This document shows positions 51,005 to 64,000 of a DNA stretch of 64,000 nucleotides, in pieces. Positions within the stretch are counted from its first letter, which is position 1, and each line of letters begins with the position of its first letter. Source of the DNA: Mytilus californianus (lineage: Eukaryota); assembly GCF_021869535.1 (NCBI RefSeq), contig NW_026262668.1, positions 87,730,001 through 87,794,000 on the forward strand, in the 5' to 3' direction. The notes under the pieces are model-generated. The model was given only the letters and a program-made list of their open reading frames with translations, searched no databases and had not been told where the DNA came from. Position numbers and translations under genes: made by a program.

Positions 51005-52990
51005 ATTGAGATATTCGGAGTCATTTAATGAAGTACTTTAAAATCTGGAATTGCTTTACTATATACAAAATAATCTGTAATGTGCATCCATCGCAGCTCT
51101 CTAAAAAGTATTGTTGACGATTTCGAATTATTACGCTCATTTAAAATAATTCTTGCTGCCCTTTTTTGAAGCTTAAAAATTCTATCAATATTAGCAACAT
51201 GTTCTGGTAAAAATACAACAATAATTAAAATGTGGAAAAATAATTTACAGTTGTATACTTTAAGTAAGGCAAACGTCGACATGCAACTCTTCAATCTTTT
51301 CAATACACCAATTATCTTGGTTTTTTGTTTGGTTAAAATATCAATATGGTATGACCATGCAAAAGACCAATCAATATGCACACCAGGATGTTTAGCTTCA
51401 TTAACAACTTCAAGTATAATATCATTTATTTCATTTCAGAAATTTCGACATTTCGACAGTTTTAATTTCGTGTCAATTAACATACATTAAGTCTTCTTCA
51501 AATTCATAGTCAGTTTATTACATTTCATCCATTGCAGGGTAAATAAAGGCAACAGTAGTATACCGCTGTTCGAAACTCATAAATCGATAGAGATAAAAAC
51601 AAATCCGGGTTACAAACTAAAACTGAGGGAAACGCATCAAATATAAGAGGAGAACAACGACACAACAAAAACACAACATTAAAATGTAGGCCTTCTTTCA
51701 GTTTACTTTCAAAAAAACTGACGTTAAAAAGAGTATGGACCAATCTGTCAAAAATGTTAAAGAGTCTATATTTTGTACTTAAGAATATTCTTTTACGAAT
51801 TTAAATATTTCCATTAACTCAAAATGCTATTCAGACCCATCCATATCTGCTCGAGGTATTTTGATACAATATTGAAAATTTACATGTCTTTTTAATCGAA
51901 TGACGGCGCTAACCAAATGAATTATTTTGTAACAGAAGCACAAATTGTATTTGACCCTTTTGACTTTTTTTATTCGAGCGTCCGTCACTGATGAGTATTT
52001 TGTAGACAAAACGCTCGTCTGGCGTACACAATTTTAATTGTAGTTGTTCTAGTTCTGGTAAATCCTAGGTACAACCAAACTTGCAAACCAAAGCTTTGTA
52101 TCTATGGAAGGATTTGGTAAAGGTTTTAAGTAATTTGTGATAACGAAATCCCTTATTTACCAGTAATACATAGATAAAGGCAAACGTCGACATGCAACTC
52201 TTCAATCTTTTCAATACACCAATTATCTTGGTTTTTTGTTTGGTTAAAATATCAATATGGTATGACCATGCAAAAGACCAATCAATATGCACACCAGGAT
52301 GTTTAGCTTCATTAACAACTTCAAGTATAATATCATTTATTTCAATTCAGAGATTTCGACATTTCGACAGTTTTAATTTCGTGTCAATTAACATACATTA
52401 AGTCTTCTTCAAATTCATAGTCAGTTTATTACATTTCATCCATTGCAGGGTAAATAAAGGCAACAGTAGTATACCGCTGTTCGAAACTCATAAATCGATA
52501 GAGATAAAAACAAATCCGGGTTACAAACTAAAACTGAGGGAAACGCATCAAATATAAGAGGAGAACAACGACACAACAAAAACACAACATTAAAATGTAG
52601 GCCTTCTTTCAGTTTACTTTCAATGACATCATTAGATTTATATGAGACACATCTTGTGTCATCTCAATAAATAGTAACATCAGAGTGTATTAAACATTTA
52701 GGATAGTCATTTACAAAAACAAAGTTCCTAGTATTAAACCTCTAAGCTTCATGAGAGGTCTTGGAAATCCGAAGTTAGATGCAATGATCAAACTGCACAC
52801 AAAACATTTTGTTTTGATCTAAATGATTCGAAATTAGATTTTGCTATTCCAAGAAAAACAAGATTGTCTTCTTTAACAACTATTCTTCCACAATCAATTC
52901 AACTTCGAATAATAAAGAAGTTCGAAGATCTTTATCTTTTTTATCGGCCTAACGCCTCAAAGATGAATTATACGGAATTTTGTTAGTAAC
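51005..52990 (-). mobile_element. CR1/L2-group LINE remnant, interrupted and partly duplicated
   Basis: RT motifs GLILGTLF, VNDYP and IY*DDT at about 52760-52650. LGVHID...W..HI and LQKRAARII at 51400-51140. Confidence 0.82.
51978..52026 (+). ncRNA. Decayed type I hammerhead motif (duplicated at 53312-53361)
   Basis: cgtca CTGATGA gtattttgtagac AAAAC gctc GTC tggcgt. Confidence 0.6.
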
Positions 52991-53311
52991 TGACGACTTT
53001 TTATTTTTTTTTTAATTTGGTGTAGTTTTATGTTTTGACTTAATTTAAGGTGTCGACGTTAAAAAGAGTATGGACCAATCTGTCAAAAATGTTAAAGAGT
53101 CTATATTTTGTACTTAAGAATATTCTTTTACGAATTTAAATATTTCCATTAACTCAAAATGCTATTCAGACCCATCCATATCTGCTCGAGGTATTTTGAT
53201 ACAATATTGAAAATTTACATGTCTTTTTAATCGAATGACGGCGCTAACCAAATGAATTATTTTGTAACAGAAGCACAAATTGTATTTGGCCCTTTTGACT
53301 TTTTTTTATTC

Positions 53312-53361
53312 GAGCGTCCGTCACTGATGAGTATTTTGTAGACAAAACGCTCGTCTGGCGT
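53312..53361 (+). ncRNA. Decayed type I hammerhead motif (duplicate of 51978-52026)
   Basis: Identical core to the copy at 51978. Confidence 0.6.
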
Positions 53362-53399
53362 ACACAATTTTAATTGTGGTTGTTCTAGTTCTGGTGAAT

Positions 53400-54050
53400 C
53401 CTAGGTACAACCAAACTTGCAAACCAAAGCTTTGTATCTATGGAAGGATTTGGTAAAGGTTTTAAGTAATTTGTGATAACGAAATCCCTTATTTACCAGT
53501 AATACATAGATAACGCTCATTGAAATCCAAAACCTCACTACAGACACTGACATAGTGTACGAATTGCGATATTTAAACACGATAAGACGGTGCCAAAGGA
53601 ACTTCACCGTCCACAAAAAGGAAAATTAACAATAGGGAAAGAAAAATCGTCCCTTTTGTCGTAAATTTTTGTGTAGAGTTTCTCGTGTAAAACTAAAATA
53701 TTTAAATCTAGTTAATGAAAGTTGTTGTTGTTAATATTTGATGTCTTCAAAGTAAGTTCTTTTTGTGTAAATTTCAGCAGTACATTTAGAGAATTCTTGA
53801 TTATTTAACGAAAAAACATTATCAAGAAAAAGGCAAATTAACAAAAATACCGAACTCCAAGGAAAATTCAAAACGGAAAGCCCTTTATAAAATTGGAAAA
53901 ATCAAAAGCTCAAACACATCAAACGTATTTATAAACAACTGTCATATTCCTGACTTGGTACAGGCATTTCCTTATGTATTAGATAACGGTCAGTGTTGTA
54001 AATCGAATTGCAGCAAATAAATTTGTAATCAGATTTATCAAACGGCCATA
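53400..54050 (-). mobile_element. Penelope-like RT fragment, same subfamily as 5640-8230
   Basis: KLYTKIYDKRDDFSFPIVNFP and GFRYHKLLKTFTK. DNA is similar to 6600-7020. Interrupted by a terminus module at 53830-53975. Confidence 0.88.
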
Positions 54051-54614
54051 TATAAAACTGTTCTTTTTATACATTTTGGGGATAGATACTGAATTTTTTC
54101 CAAAATCTGTAAAAATTACGAGATTGAGATATTTTAAAGTACTAAAAATTTGGTGATCTGTTTAGAAATAAGCTATCATATTGTTAGAACCCTAGGGAAC
54201 ACATATTATGCTGAGATATCATATATGATTTTAGAAAACGATTGAAAGACTTTTGAAAATGGCCCAGCTGTGAAATAAAGTCAGGTAAAGTTCGCACTAC
54301 CTCTTTGTTCCGTGTAGAGACCGTGAAATAACTGAAGTCGTAGTTTATTTCCGTAAATACATAATCTTTGATGGTTTCAGTTTGATTACTCGGGAAGACT
54401 TAGAGCCGATCATTTTGAATAGATTATATGTCTATTTTTGAAAACTATTTATTGCCTTCTTATTGTCATTTTGTTGTTGTTTTTTGTTGTTATGGTTCAG
54501 TTTCATTAACCTAAACCGCACATCTCCTACTGTTCATATTCATACAATCTATAGAAATACATGAAATTTCAATTTTTATAGCATGTTTAGTTGATGGGTC
54601 TGGTTTTTATATTC

Positions 54615-54617
<3 letters not shown>

Positions 54618-54655
<38 letters not shown>
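54618..54655. repeat. (TG)n microsatellite
   Basis: Read directly from the sequence. Confidence 0.97.
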
Positions 54656-54658
<3 letters not shown>

Positions 54659-55479
54659 TGTGGATTTATATGATATTTTCTAATTGGACGCATCTTTCTC
54701 GAACCATTGCCCCCCTAAAAAATGAATAACAACAAAAAGAAACAAAAGAGATAAGACTCAACTGCCATGAAAAACGTCTATGACGATGGCTAACCTATTT
54801 ACCAAAAATACGTCGTCCAGTCGCATAATGCATGATTGATATTGTTTGTACATTAAATTGCTTAGATATTGCAAATCTTTCTATTTGGATACGGCTTGAT
54901 GATTAAACAACTCACATGTTAACATACTATTTTGAGAGGTTGTTGGGGAAATTTTTGTAGGATTATAGCATTAAAGAACCCAAAGCTTACATGTCTTAAC
55001 CGTTTACGCGCTGAATTTGTGTCACATTTTCTTCTCCAAATTTGTGATTGACAAACACGCCTCTGACTGCGTACAGGAAGTGAACAGATTCAATATAAAA
55101 GTGTTGACTTAAGTACTTTAAATAGTTTAAGTTTACCATTCATATATAACGTTTAAAGCAAAGTTATTTTACCTTCCACAGTCCACATGCAAAACTAATG
55201 ACTGAGAACGTTTTTTTTTAATTTCATTTGACCATCCTTTTGGCGGCCCAAGTTCAATCTTCTCAGACACGCTTAAGGACATTGTTGTCGATATCCAATG
55301 ACAATAGAGATTATTTCAGCCAATCAATATCTTTGGTACGCCATCCAATGTCGTACAATCGTGCACCGTTATTAACATCATTCTATGTACATTTTATTTA
55401 AAATACAAAATGCCGGTACGAGTATACTTTTAAAACCTGAAGTTATCGTGTAGCAAAACTGTTCATGTATTCCACGGAA

Positions 55480-56563
55480 AACTTATATTACCCGTGAAAC
55501 TTTCGTGTATAGAACTTAGGTGTTTTACATACATTTGGTTTTCTTTGCTACTGTAAAGTTCCTCTATGTCAAAGGTTGTAACCTGTTACACGTAACAACG
55601 TCGTCGGCCGTCTTCAGACTGAACAATCTCAAAGTGAAGATCGCCTTAGAAGAAGTAGATAACGCATCACTACACCAGCCAAAGATCGGTACATCAGGGT
55701 GTTCCAGGTTTCGCTGACGTGCACGTATTAGTTGACGTCATACATTGAGGGTCTGGACTCTGAGGAACTGGTGCTGAATTTGGGTCAACGATAAGTCACA
55801 TTTTCTTCTCCAAAGATGTGATTGACGAACCCAGGTATAAAGGCGTCGAAATGACAGTTTCGCCCCTACCTGCGCACAGGAAGTAAACAAATCTGGCGGT
55901 TGTGGTCCAGCAATATCCTACAACCACAGAACAAACATAGTACGTTTTCAACGAAATGTAACGGCTCAGCGTTATAGAGACAATATTTGGTAGCCACTAA
56001 TGTTATTGGCAGACAGAGGAAGATGTTTCAGCAAGACAAAGCGCGTCTCCATACAGTAAGGGTTACCATAAATTTTTCAACTAGAATTATAAGCCTATTA
56101 GTATCTTTGATGGGTTTTAGTATAGACAACATACATGCATGATCATAGACCTCATAGTCTCCGGATTTGAACCCATAGAGTATATTTGGGACGAACTTGA
56201 TAGACGCATCCGCAAACACCAATCCTGCACCTCAATCATTGGCCAACAATGTCAATCGTTGCAACTGGTTTTGCAACGGATACCATAGGTCTGAATTCAA
56301 AATACGGCTCGATGTATGCAAAACAGTGTTAGCCGCACATGATGGTCATAATAGCTACTGATTTGTATGTCTAACTTTCTATCTCAAGATTTTAAGTGGA
56401 TCGCATTATTAACCCCAATTCTTAAATTGGATTTTGAGTAATTATGTCATTTTAAAAAAAAAATTGGTAAATGAGTTTTATTCAATGTCCCCCTCATATC
56501 TATCTTTAGTAACGAATGCACCTATATTTGAAGGCGGTGAGGTCATACATTTTTAGTTAACTG
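55480..56563 (+). mobile_element. Tc1-family transposase remnant
   Basis: RITTPAKDRYIRVF (HTH linker region), FQQDKARLHT, SPDLNPIEYIWDELDRRIR, GHNSY-stop. Candidate right end ...ttaactg|TA at 56563. Confidence 0.85.
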
Positions 56564-57014
56564 TAGACGGTAGACGACGGACCTCCTTCGACCTAGGTGA
56601 CTTAATAACGGGTTATTGCTAAAAATAATTCGAAGATTGATATTTTATGGATTTCAAAGGTTTACATTTTCCGCGTTTCAGAAGAACCGAGAAATTTCGG
56701 AAGACCAAATTGATATTTACATGAAATATAGACGAAACTTTATTAGTTCCATTTAAATCAAAATGGTTTGCACCAGTTCCATCTATACTTTTATGCATTG
56801 GCCTTTCGAAAGTTTATTCCTAAAGCAGAATTCATTACAAGTAAGAACCATAAACCGGATGTAAAGTTGTTGGGTTGCTGTCTTTCTCATTAAAGTTTTA
56901 TTAGTTGTTTTTAAAAAAAAACACTCCGGGACCCTTAGTGTCTGTGATCAGAGGCAGAGGTTTGTACATGAAAATGATTTTATTCACTACTTTTCTTTTA
57001 TACCAAGTATAAAG

Positions 57015-58048
57015 TAAAATAACAAAAATACCGAACTCCAAGAAAAATTCAATACGGAAAGTCTCTTATCAAATGGCAAAATCAAAAGCTCAAACACATC
57101 AAACGAATAATAACATCTGTCATATTCCTGATTTGGTACAGACATTTCCTTTTGTAGAAAACGGTGGATTAAACCACGTTTTATAGCTAGCTAAACCTCT
57201 CACTTGTATGACAGTCGCATAAAATTCCATTATTTTGACAAATGTGTGAACATAACAGACAGACATGATAGGTAAAAATGTCAAAAATAGGAGTACAGCA
57301 GTCAACCTTGTGTTATAATCTTAATCACTATAAAAACAAACTACTGTGTCAAAAAAGAAAAACAAAATGGCATATAGACAAAGCAAATAAGCAAAAATGA
57401 AAGACAAGAATACAAAAAATGACCATAGCACAATAACACAATGGCGGAATGTATAAAAGAGGGACGAAAGGTATAGTCAAACTCATAGATCGAAAACAAA
57501 ATGTTATAAGTACGGAACCACGCCAAAAGTATAATACCAAAAATGGACTAAACAGTAAAGGTTAATAATTTACAAAGACAAATAAAAGAACAGTATATCC
57601 CATATGCAGGTGAAGTTGGTATATTGCTACTAAGGTGGGGAAAATTGATAATTTCAAAATTAAAATCGTTTTGTTTGTTAAAGATTCTGGTGCTGTGATG
57701 ACTGCTTATGTTAAATTCTAAAAATGAGGCGGAGGAAGCCGTTTCTGTTATTTCATTAATTTCTAGTTCTGGAGGATATATTAATGGAAACAAATCAGAA
57801 AAGTTTGGATTGTTAATGGAAAGAACATCATCAATATATCTGAATGTGAAATTACATGATCTGGCTTCTTTGATCTTCTTGTTTTTGACAAGTGTCTGAC
57901 GGAACTCCGACTCGTATGAAAATAAGAAGAGACCGGCAAGGAGAAGCGCACAGTTCGTTCCAATAGGAATGCCGACAATTTGTTGAAAAAGACTATCTCC
58001 AAATTCAACAAATATGTTGTCAATAAGAAACTCCAGCATACTGATCAC
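57015..58048 (-). mobile_element. Penelope-like element (RT core + 3' UTR)
   Basis: QQIVGIPIGTNCA, FRYIDDVLSINNP, YPPELEI, PTSPAYGIY. Confidence 0.92.
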
Positions 58049-59489
58049 TTGTTCCTCTCTGTAGCATGTTTTACCTTTTTGTTCACTATTAACAAAATAT
58101 ACCGTATGTTATCCCAAAGTAATAAATATATAGTGTATGCTACCATTTTTATATTGAAAAGCAGTGTGGAATATTTACTTAATACGATTTTTCAATTTCA
58201 CATGGGGAATGGTGAAATACAGGGTTGAAAAATAAAAAGTATTGATAGAATTAATTTCCGAGAAAGATCGAGATTTAAAATTATCCAGAAGTTCTTTAGA
58301 GTTTTTAGAATATATAACAGTTAGTATACGTTTCTTTAATGCGTTTGTTACATCAAGTGCACTTTAAAAAATAAACTGAAGGTGTCTCGAGGAAGGTTAA
58401 GCACATTTGTTATTTCTGATTTGTTTTAATGATCGTTTTTGACGTCATATCTGTTGTAAATTAAGAACAAAACTCAGTAAAATAACAATAAATGGAGGAA
58501 GTATAATTATTTATTAAAGATTTCAGTAGAAAACACCACACGCAAAATCTAATATACTCTATTGATCATATTAATGATCTACAAAATACGTTTGAAATAT
58601 TGTTTAAATTATAAAAGAAACTAGAAAAAACATTCGTGACGATTTTGTCCTTGTTAATATTTGTTCATGGTTTTTTTTTGTCGAGCGGTTGAAGATAAAT
58701 ATATGAGGTAATATAAAAGAGGAAAATTCAATGTTTTGTAATTTATAAATATGACCATATAATTATAATTTATGTATAAAACACAGAAGTGCTGATTACT
58801 GGGCTGGAGATACCCTCGGGGAGGTTACCTCCACCAGCAGTGTCATCGACCATTTTCCGAAGTAACAGAGTGTTAGCATTCATACTCGTCGCTATTTTTA
58901 ACAGCCAAGTTTAGTGACGCTAGCGACCTCATGATCCGAGACCAGTATCACATAAATGTCCATATTTGTTATGGGATCACGTAACAGTTGCCCTAATCGT
59001 TTAGCAAGCTTCTGTACTCTTCATATATTAATTACTTTGAAACCAGATAACACGGTTGAAAAACTTTTCATGTTGAGTGTTCCGTTACATTTTGTGACCG
59101 GCGGTCGACACATATTATTTCATTGTAGTTGAAGTAAAAGAAAAATAAAGGCAACAGTAGTATACCGCTGTTCGAAATTCACAAATCGATTGAGAAAAAA
59201 CAAATCCAGGTTACAAACTAAAACTGAGGGAAACACATCAAATATAAGAGGAGAACAAAGACACAACAGAAACACTAAAATGCAACACACACAGAAACGA
59301 ACTATAAGATAATAATAGCCATTTTCCTGACTTGGTACAGGACATTTTAAGAAAAAAATGGTGGGTTGAACTGAAAACATTGAAACAGTTAAGTCTGCTT
59401 CATATATTGAATTAAAATTAGACATAAACAATAAGTGCTTATTGAAAACTAAACTTTACAACACAAGAGATGATTTAAATTTTCTCAAT

Positions 59490-59740
59490 TGTGAACTTTC
59501 CATTTCTGTGTGTCAACATTCAAACAACGCCAGCATATGGAGTACCTATCTTCCAGTCGATACTATATTTTTCCTATCATAATTTCCTTGATATAGTGTT
59601 GCTGTCTGCAAAGAAACGTTATAAAAATATATTCCTAATGGTAAAGGTGAATTCATCCCTTAGAAAGTTTAACGGACGCCAACATTATCTGGTTGACCGT
59701 TATGGATTATCTGTCACAGGTATGTTCCAATTTTCATAGC
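59490..59740 (+). mobile_element. Penelope-like RT C-terminal scrap
   Basis: NFPFLCVNIQTTPAYGV...LRKFNGRQHYLVDRYGLSV. Confidence 0.85.
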
Positions 59741-60639
59741 CGCAATTATGTCTGTTTATTCTTGGTTGTGATATCACCTTTATTGAGTTCATGTTGCTCA
59801 ATCTTTAATATAAAGTATTTTATGGAAATGTTTGTCGTTTTGCTCACGGCGTTGAACAAACCAATCATCTGAAGAAACCAACCACTTCCATATCTAACAT
59901 ATGACGATACAATACGATTTTGATTTGAATGGCGACCCAAACCGATAGAGTTCATTTGCGACAATTGAACTTTTGTTATACAATTTTTTTTACATATAAA
60001 TATTTTCCAAATAATTTATATGTCAATAAACTAAGGTCTTATATTGTCCAATTATAACTATACTTAGGTGGTCAATGGTCGACGGTGGGTGAGTTTAGTT
60101 GAAATGTTACAGTAGTTATTGTGAATATATGATGTTAGGGCTTTTTGTGTGTCTGTGGGAATTATTGCTGTGAACTACTCACTATGTATGGGTTGTTAAC
60201 CATGATAGAGAATGTACTACAGATTTACTAACACAAAATGAAAAAAAAACGGTTGGATAAAGGAATAGAAGAAAAAAGACAACATCGCTAGAGAGCGAAA
60301 GGTTATATATTTTCTGAAAAAAGTACAAACACATTGTTCTCCATCAAAAATAAATTGGAAAGATTGTCGTCAGGTCATTAAAGATGCTCTCTTATCCTAT
60401 TGTAAAATAAATGGTGTTAATGGGAGGTATCTGATAAAAAATTGTATCTGATAAAAAATTACCGGATTATTATTTAAATAAATGTACGAAAAAAAAAGAA
60501 ATCCGCATTTTACATTTCGAAAATATTATAGATATTTTAAACAAATTTTAAGGTTTATAATACGCCCATTTCTAGGATACGATTGGATGGTACTTATATT
60601 AAGATACAATTACTGGAGCTGTAATGTGAGTAAGCAGCG

Positions 60640-61125
60640 CCTGAATACGGCGTATATATCTCAAAGTTGATACGCGATTCCAGAGCTTGCATTTCCTATC
60701 ATGATTTCCTTGATAGAGGGTTGCTACTTACAAGGAATCTTTTAAACATAGGGTTCCAAGTGAAGTTGAAGTCATTCCTTCGAAAATTTTACGGGCGCCA
60801 TCAAGAGGTGTTTGGCCGTTATGAATAGCTGTTTCATAGATGCCGACGGATATGTTCCAATTGCGGGAATCACAATCACTGAATTTGTACTATTATGAGC
60901 AACACGACGGATGACAAATGTGCACCTAGAATTACCCCCGGTTTTTGGTCGGGTTCTTCTTAGTTATTCTTTAGTTTTCTATGCTGTATTTTTTAGAATG
61001 TTGTTTGTCTTTCTTTTTCTTTGTCATGGCGTTGTCAGTTTGTCTTCGACTTATGGGCTTGAATGTTCCTTTGGTATCTACCGCCTTGCCTCTCTTTTTG
61101 AACCTGTTAATTTTCCCATTGACAA
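60640..61125 (+). mobile_element. Penelope-like RT C-terminal scrap plus 3' region
   Basis: AAPEYGVYISKLIRDSRAC...FLDRGLLLTRNLL...LRKFYGRHQ. 60900-61110 resembles 1340-1540. Confidence 0.82.
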
Positions 61126-64000
61126 AATATACGTACAATTTAATAACACTTACTATTACTTAATAATAGTTTTGCTTTGAATAATCAATAAATCAATAAT
61201 TCTCTTATTATACTGCAGAAATTTACACAAAGGAACTGACTTTATATAAACAACAATATTTGTCATTAATTTTTCTAGATTTTGATATTTCAGTTTCTCA
61301 CGGAAAAATTGATACTGATATGTTGGCATTGCTCAAGGTCACGCTTTTCTAGGATTGTTTATGTCGTCTTTACGCCAAATCCATCCGATGTGCGCTGATT
61401 AAAAAGTATTGGAAAACATGGTTTATTTATAGTTGGAATTGGCTTTGGGACTGGCTTTCAGTAACAGCGTGTACTCTTAGATTGGTATCTTGTGTTTTGG
61501 TGTGCTTAGTGCCGTTCTGAGTCGAAACTTTTTCCAATACTTTTTATCATCTATTCTTATGTTGTGCTGTTACACCACTGTATCGGTTTAGGTGAGGATA
61601 AGATAAATCTTAAACAATAGACATGTATCTTTTCAATATATCAAATTTAAATACTCTCAAGTCTATAAAACACGGGTAGTAACGTCATCATATCGTCAGA
61701 TGAGGAGCGTTTAGTACAGTGATTTTTTTCATGATTTGGTCCAGTTGTTCATGGTTGTATGAGGTCACTCCCCCCCGAACGATTACCTTAGTTCTCTACA
61801 AATAAGCATACAAAAAGTAAGTAAGAAGTATGATTGAATGTTTTACGTCAAACTTTCAATACTGAAATTGAGGTTGAATAAAGTTAACGCACGAAAAGCA
61901 TAACATCGAAAATTGACATGGTTTGGTTAAGTGTTCAAATTTTGTCAGGGTTTTTATCACATTGGCCATGGTTTAGATAAAAATTAATACATATTAGTTT
62001 CATGAGGATATTGATAGTTAGTTCAAAGGCGTCGTTAACAGAACACGATTACACCTTCTAATGCAATTCGTTTAGAACGATAATTTTCATTGGACGTTGA
62101 CAAATATTTTGAAGGGTTATATTCCACGTTCTACCAGTCCGTAACTAGGGAAAGCCACCATTTTGAATTCCGAATTTTTTTTGGTATGTAAATTCTCATA
62201 AATAAACAAAGAAGTCTCATTTTGTGCCCTTAAAATCTTCTTTTTTTTAATATTTAAGCCATTTAAAAGCGTACGAAAAGTATAAATACGTCTAGTCTTT
62301 AAGTTTGACATCGGGTGTATACTTATGACGTCTAATTGTTAAGATGCCGAAGACGATGTAACAGTTTCGCGGACTTTTTTCATTTATGACATTTATAGGT
62401 TGCACTTTGTAAATACAGCTGTTTCTCAAACCACGCCTCTTTTGGGGAGATTTAGAATATTCATAGAAAATTAATTTTGTTTACATACTGGTTCCCAGTT
62501 ATGCTCTCTGTGTTCCATCTCATAGAGACATAACTTGGGAATGTTACCAGTTAATATACATGTGCATATTGTTTACATTGAAATCTGTGGTAACCCTTCA
62601 TTCGAGGTAGGGGTAGTTAAGAAAATTAGTGTTAGTTTAAACTCTGAAAAGTTCAGGGCATATAAACGTTGAAAATATGCCGCACAGCCCTATATTTTGA
62701 CCTTTGAAAAAAATTGTAGTGCATATGAACTTTCAATTCTAGGATAAGATTTTGTTCAAAACTTCATAGTAAAAGTGGTACAGTTTTAGCCGTAAAAGGA
62801 GTTCCTATGGGAAATTGCATTGTAAATATTTACAGAAATGCAACCTATATAGGGTGAAAAAAGAGAACATTCAGAATTTAACCAAATTTGCTTTATCTCA
62901 CAGATTTTAAAGAAATTAACTCAAATATGAAGTTTTATAAATATTTCATGAAGATTGATAGAATCCTGGGCCTTAAATATGATGACTCAGCATAAATTCA
63001 CAGTTTACAATATGCATAGTTTACTTAAAGTCCTGAATACAAAATTAATTCATAATATTTGCATGTTTGTAAGTTAAATTGTTAAGAAGTGCTTATATTT
63101 ACTCTTTGCAGTCATTGAAACTCATCGATCCTTCCTGAATATTATTTATGGGGTGTTTGTGTCCTGTCATTAACCCAAAAGTAAGCCGTAACACCTAAAT
63201 CTGCATTTTTGTCACCACGGCATAAAAAATACAAGCTAGAAATAAAAAAATATCTCAACAAAACTTACAATAGTGTGTTCTATCCTGAATATGTACTAAA
63301 TATTCCAAATTGCTAGAAACAGCAGAATAATTTAGGAAATTTGAGGCCCCAGGGGCAAAAAACATAGAAAATTGCCTACCCCCTGGGTCATAAAACAGAT
63401 AATTTAACTTGTAAATGCTATGATTTTATGATTTTTAAGTTCTTGATATAGAAAACAATAACTATGCTTGAAAGGTATGCAAAAATCAGATGTTAGCAGT
63501 CATCTCTATAACATTTTAAGTGAATTTATATCTCAGACTGGTATCTGCATACATACAACTATTGCAAATATGGCTTTGTTTGAACACTTCTAGTATATTT
63601 ATTAGGTAAATTGTGTCAGATATATGGTTACAGATGATACTGTTGTGACAAGAATTCTAAATTGACCATTTGAGGTAGAAAATGTGAACTTTAATTGACA
63701 AATAGGCATACAGTAAGATGTGGACTGGAGACAGAGGCAGGATTGGATATTTTATATAATCTTGAATGTTGTAATGATTGACTGCTAAACATAACATTTA
63801 TAGTATTCTGATATGCTTACAATATGTTATCAAAACAGTTTTAAACAGGTTCTAGGCATTTTATATCAGAAAATATGCAAATTGGGTAAGCTGGCAATAA
63901 TTAAAGTCTTGGTTTCAAATTCTTTTAAAAATTGGAACAGGGGAGGGGTATAAAATATTCAGTAAAAAAAAACTTAGAGTATACACAGTGATTTCTTTCA

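Noticed and set aside
59746-59964. 72-aa minus-strand ORF
   Set aside because: No recognisable motif or splice context.
62600-64000. Large non-autonomous DNA transposon(s)
   Set aside because: Looks repeat-like from recall, but no TIR pair, TSD or second in-window copy could be shown.

Overview
AT-rich eukaryotic genomic DNA, not prokaryotic. The repeat content and gene types point to a bivalve mollusc, probably Mytilus (inference from recalled repeat families). Two host genes can be supported. (1) A spliced, secreted perlucin-like C-type lectin on the + strand, with 5 coding exons across 4815-16695 (153 aa, QPD/WND motifs); the ORF track misses most of it. (2) A divergent rhodopsin-class GPCR on the - strand (33951-35219), possibly with a one-codon first coding exon at 36824-36826. 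The rest is mostly transposon debris: about ten Penelope-like (Naiad-type) RT fragments and their 3' modules, seven hammerhead-ribozyme-like motifs, three SINEs, two LINE remnants, a Tc1 remnant, MITE/foldback elements (including a 2.2 kb nested foldback), a 47-bp satellite and a 4 x 540-bp tandem array. Best leads: (a) a Penelope-like ORF with a lone in-frame TGA exactly where another copy in the window has Cys, plus a SECIS-spaced motif in its 3' UTR (candidate selenoprotein retroelement); (b) a hammerhead-carrying Penelope-like 3' fragment with clustered A-to-G changes on its sense strand (candidate ADAR-hyperedited retrocopy). No CRISPR array, rRNA or bona fide tRNA was seen. All alignments were done by eye.
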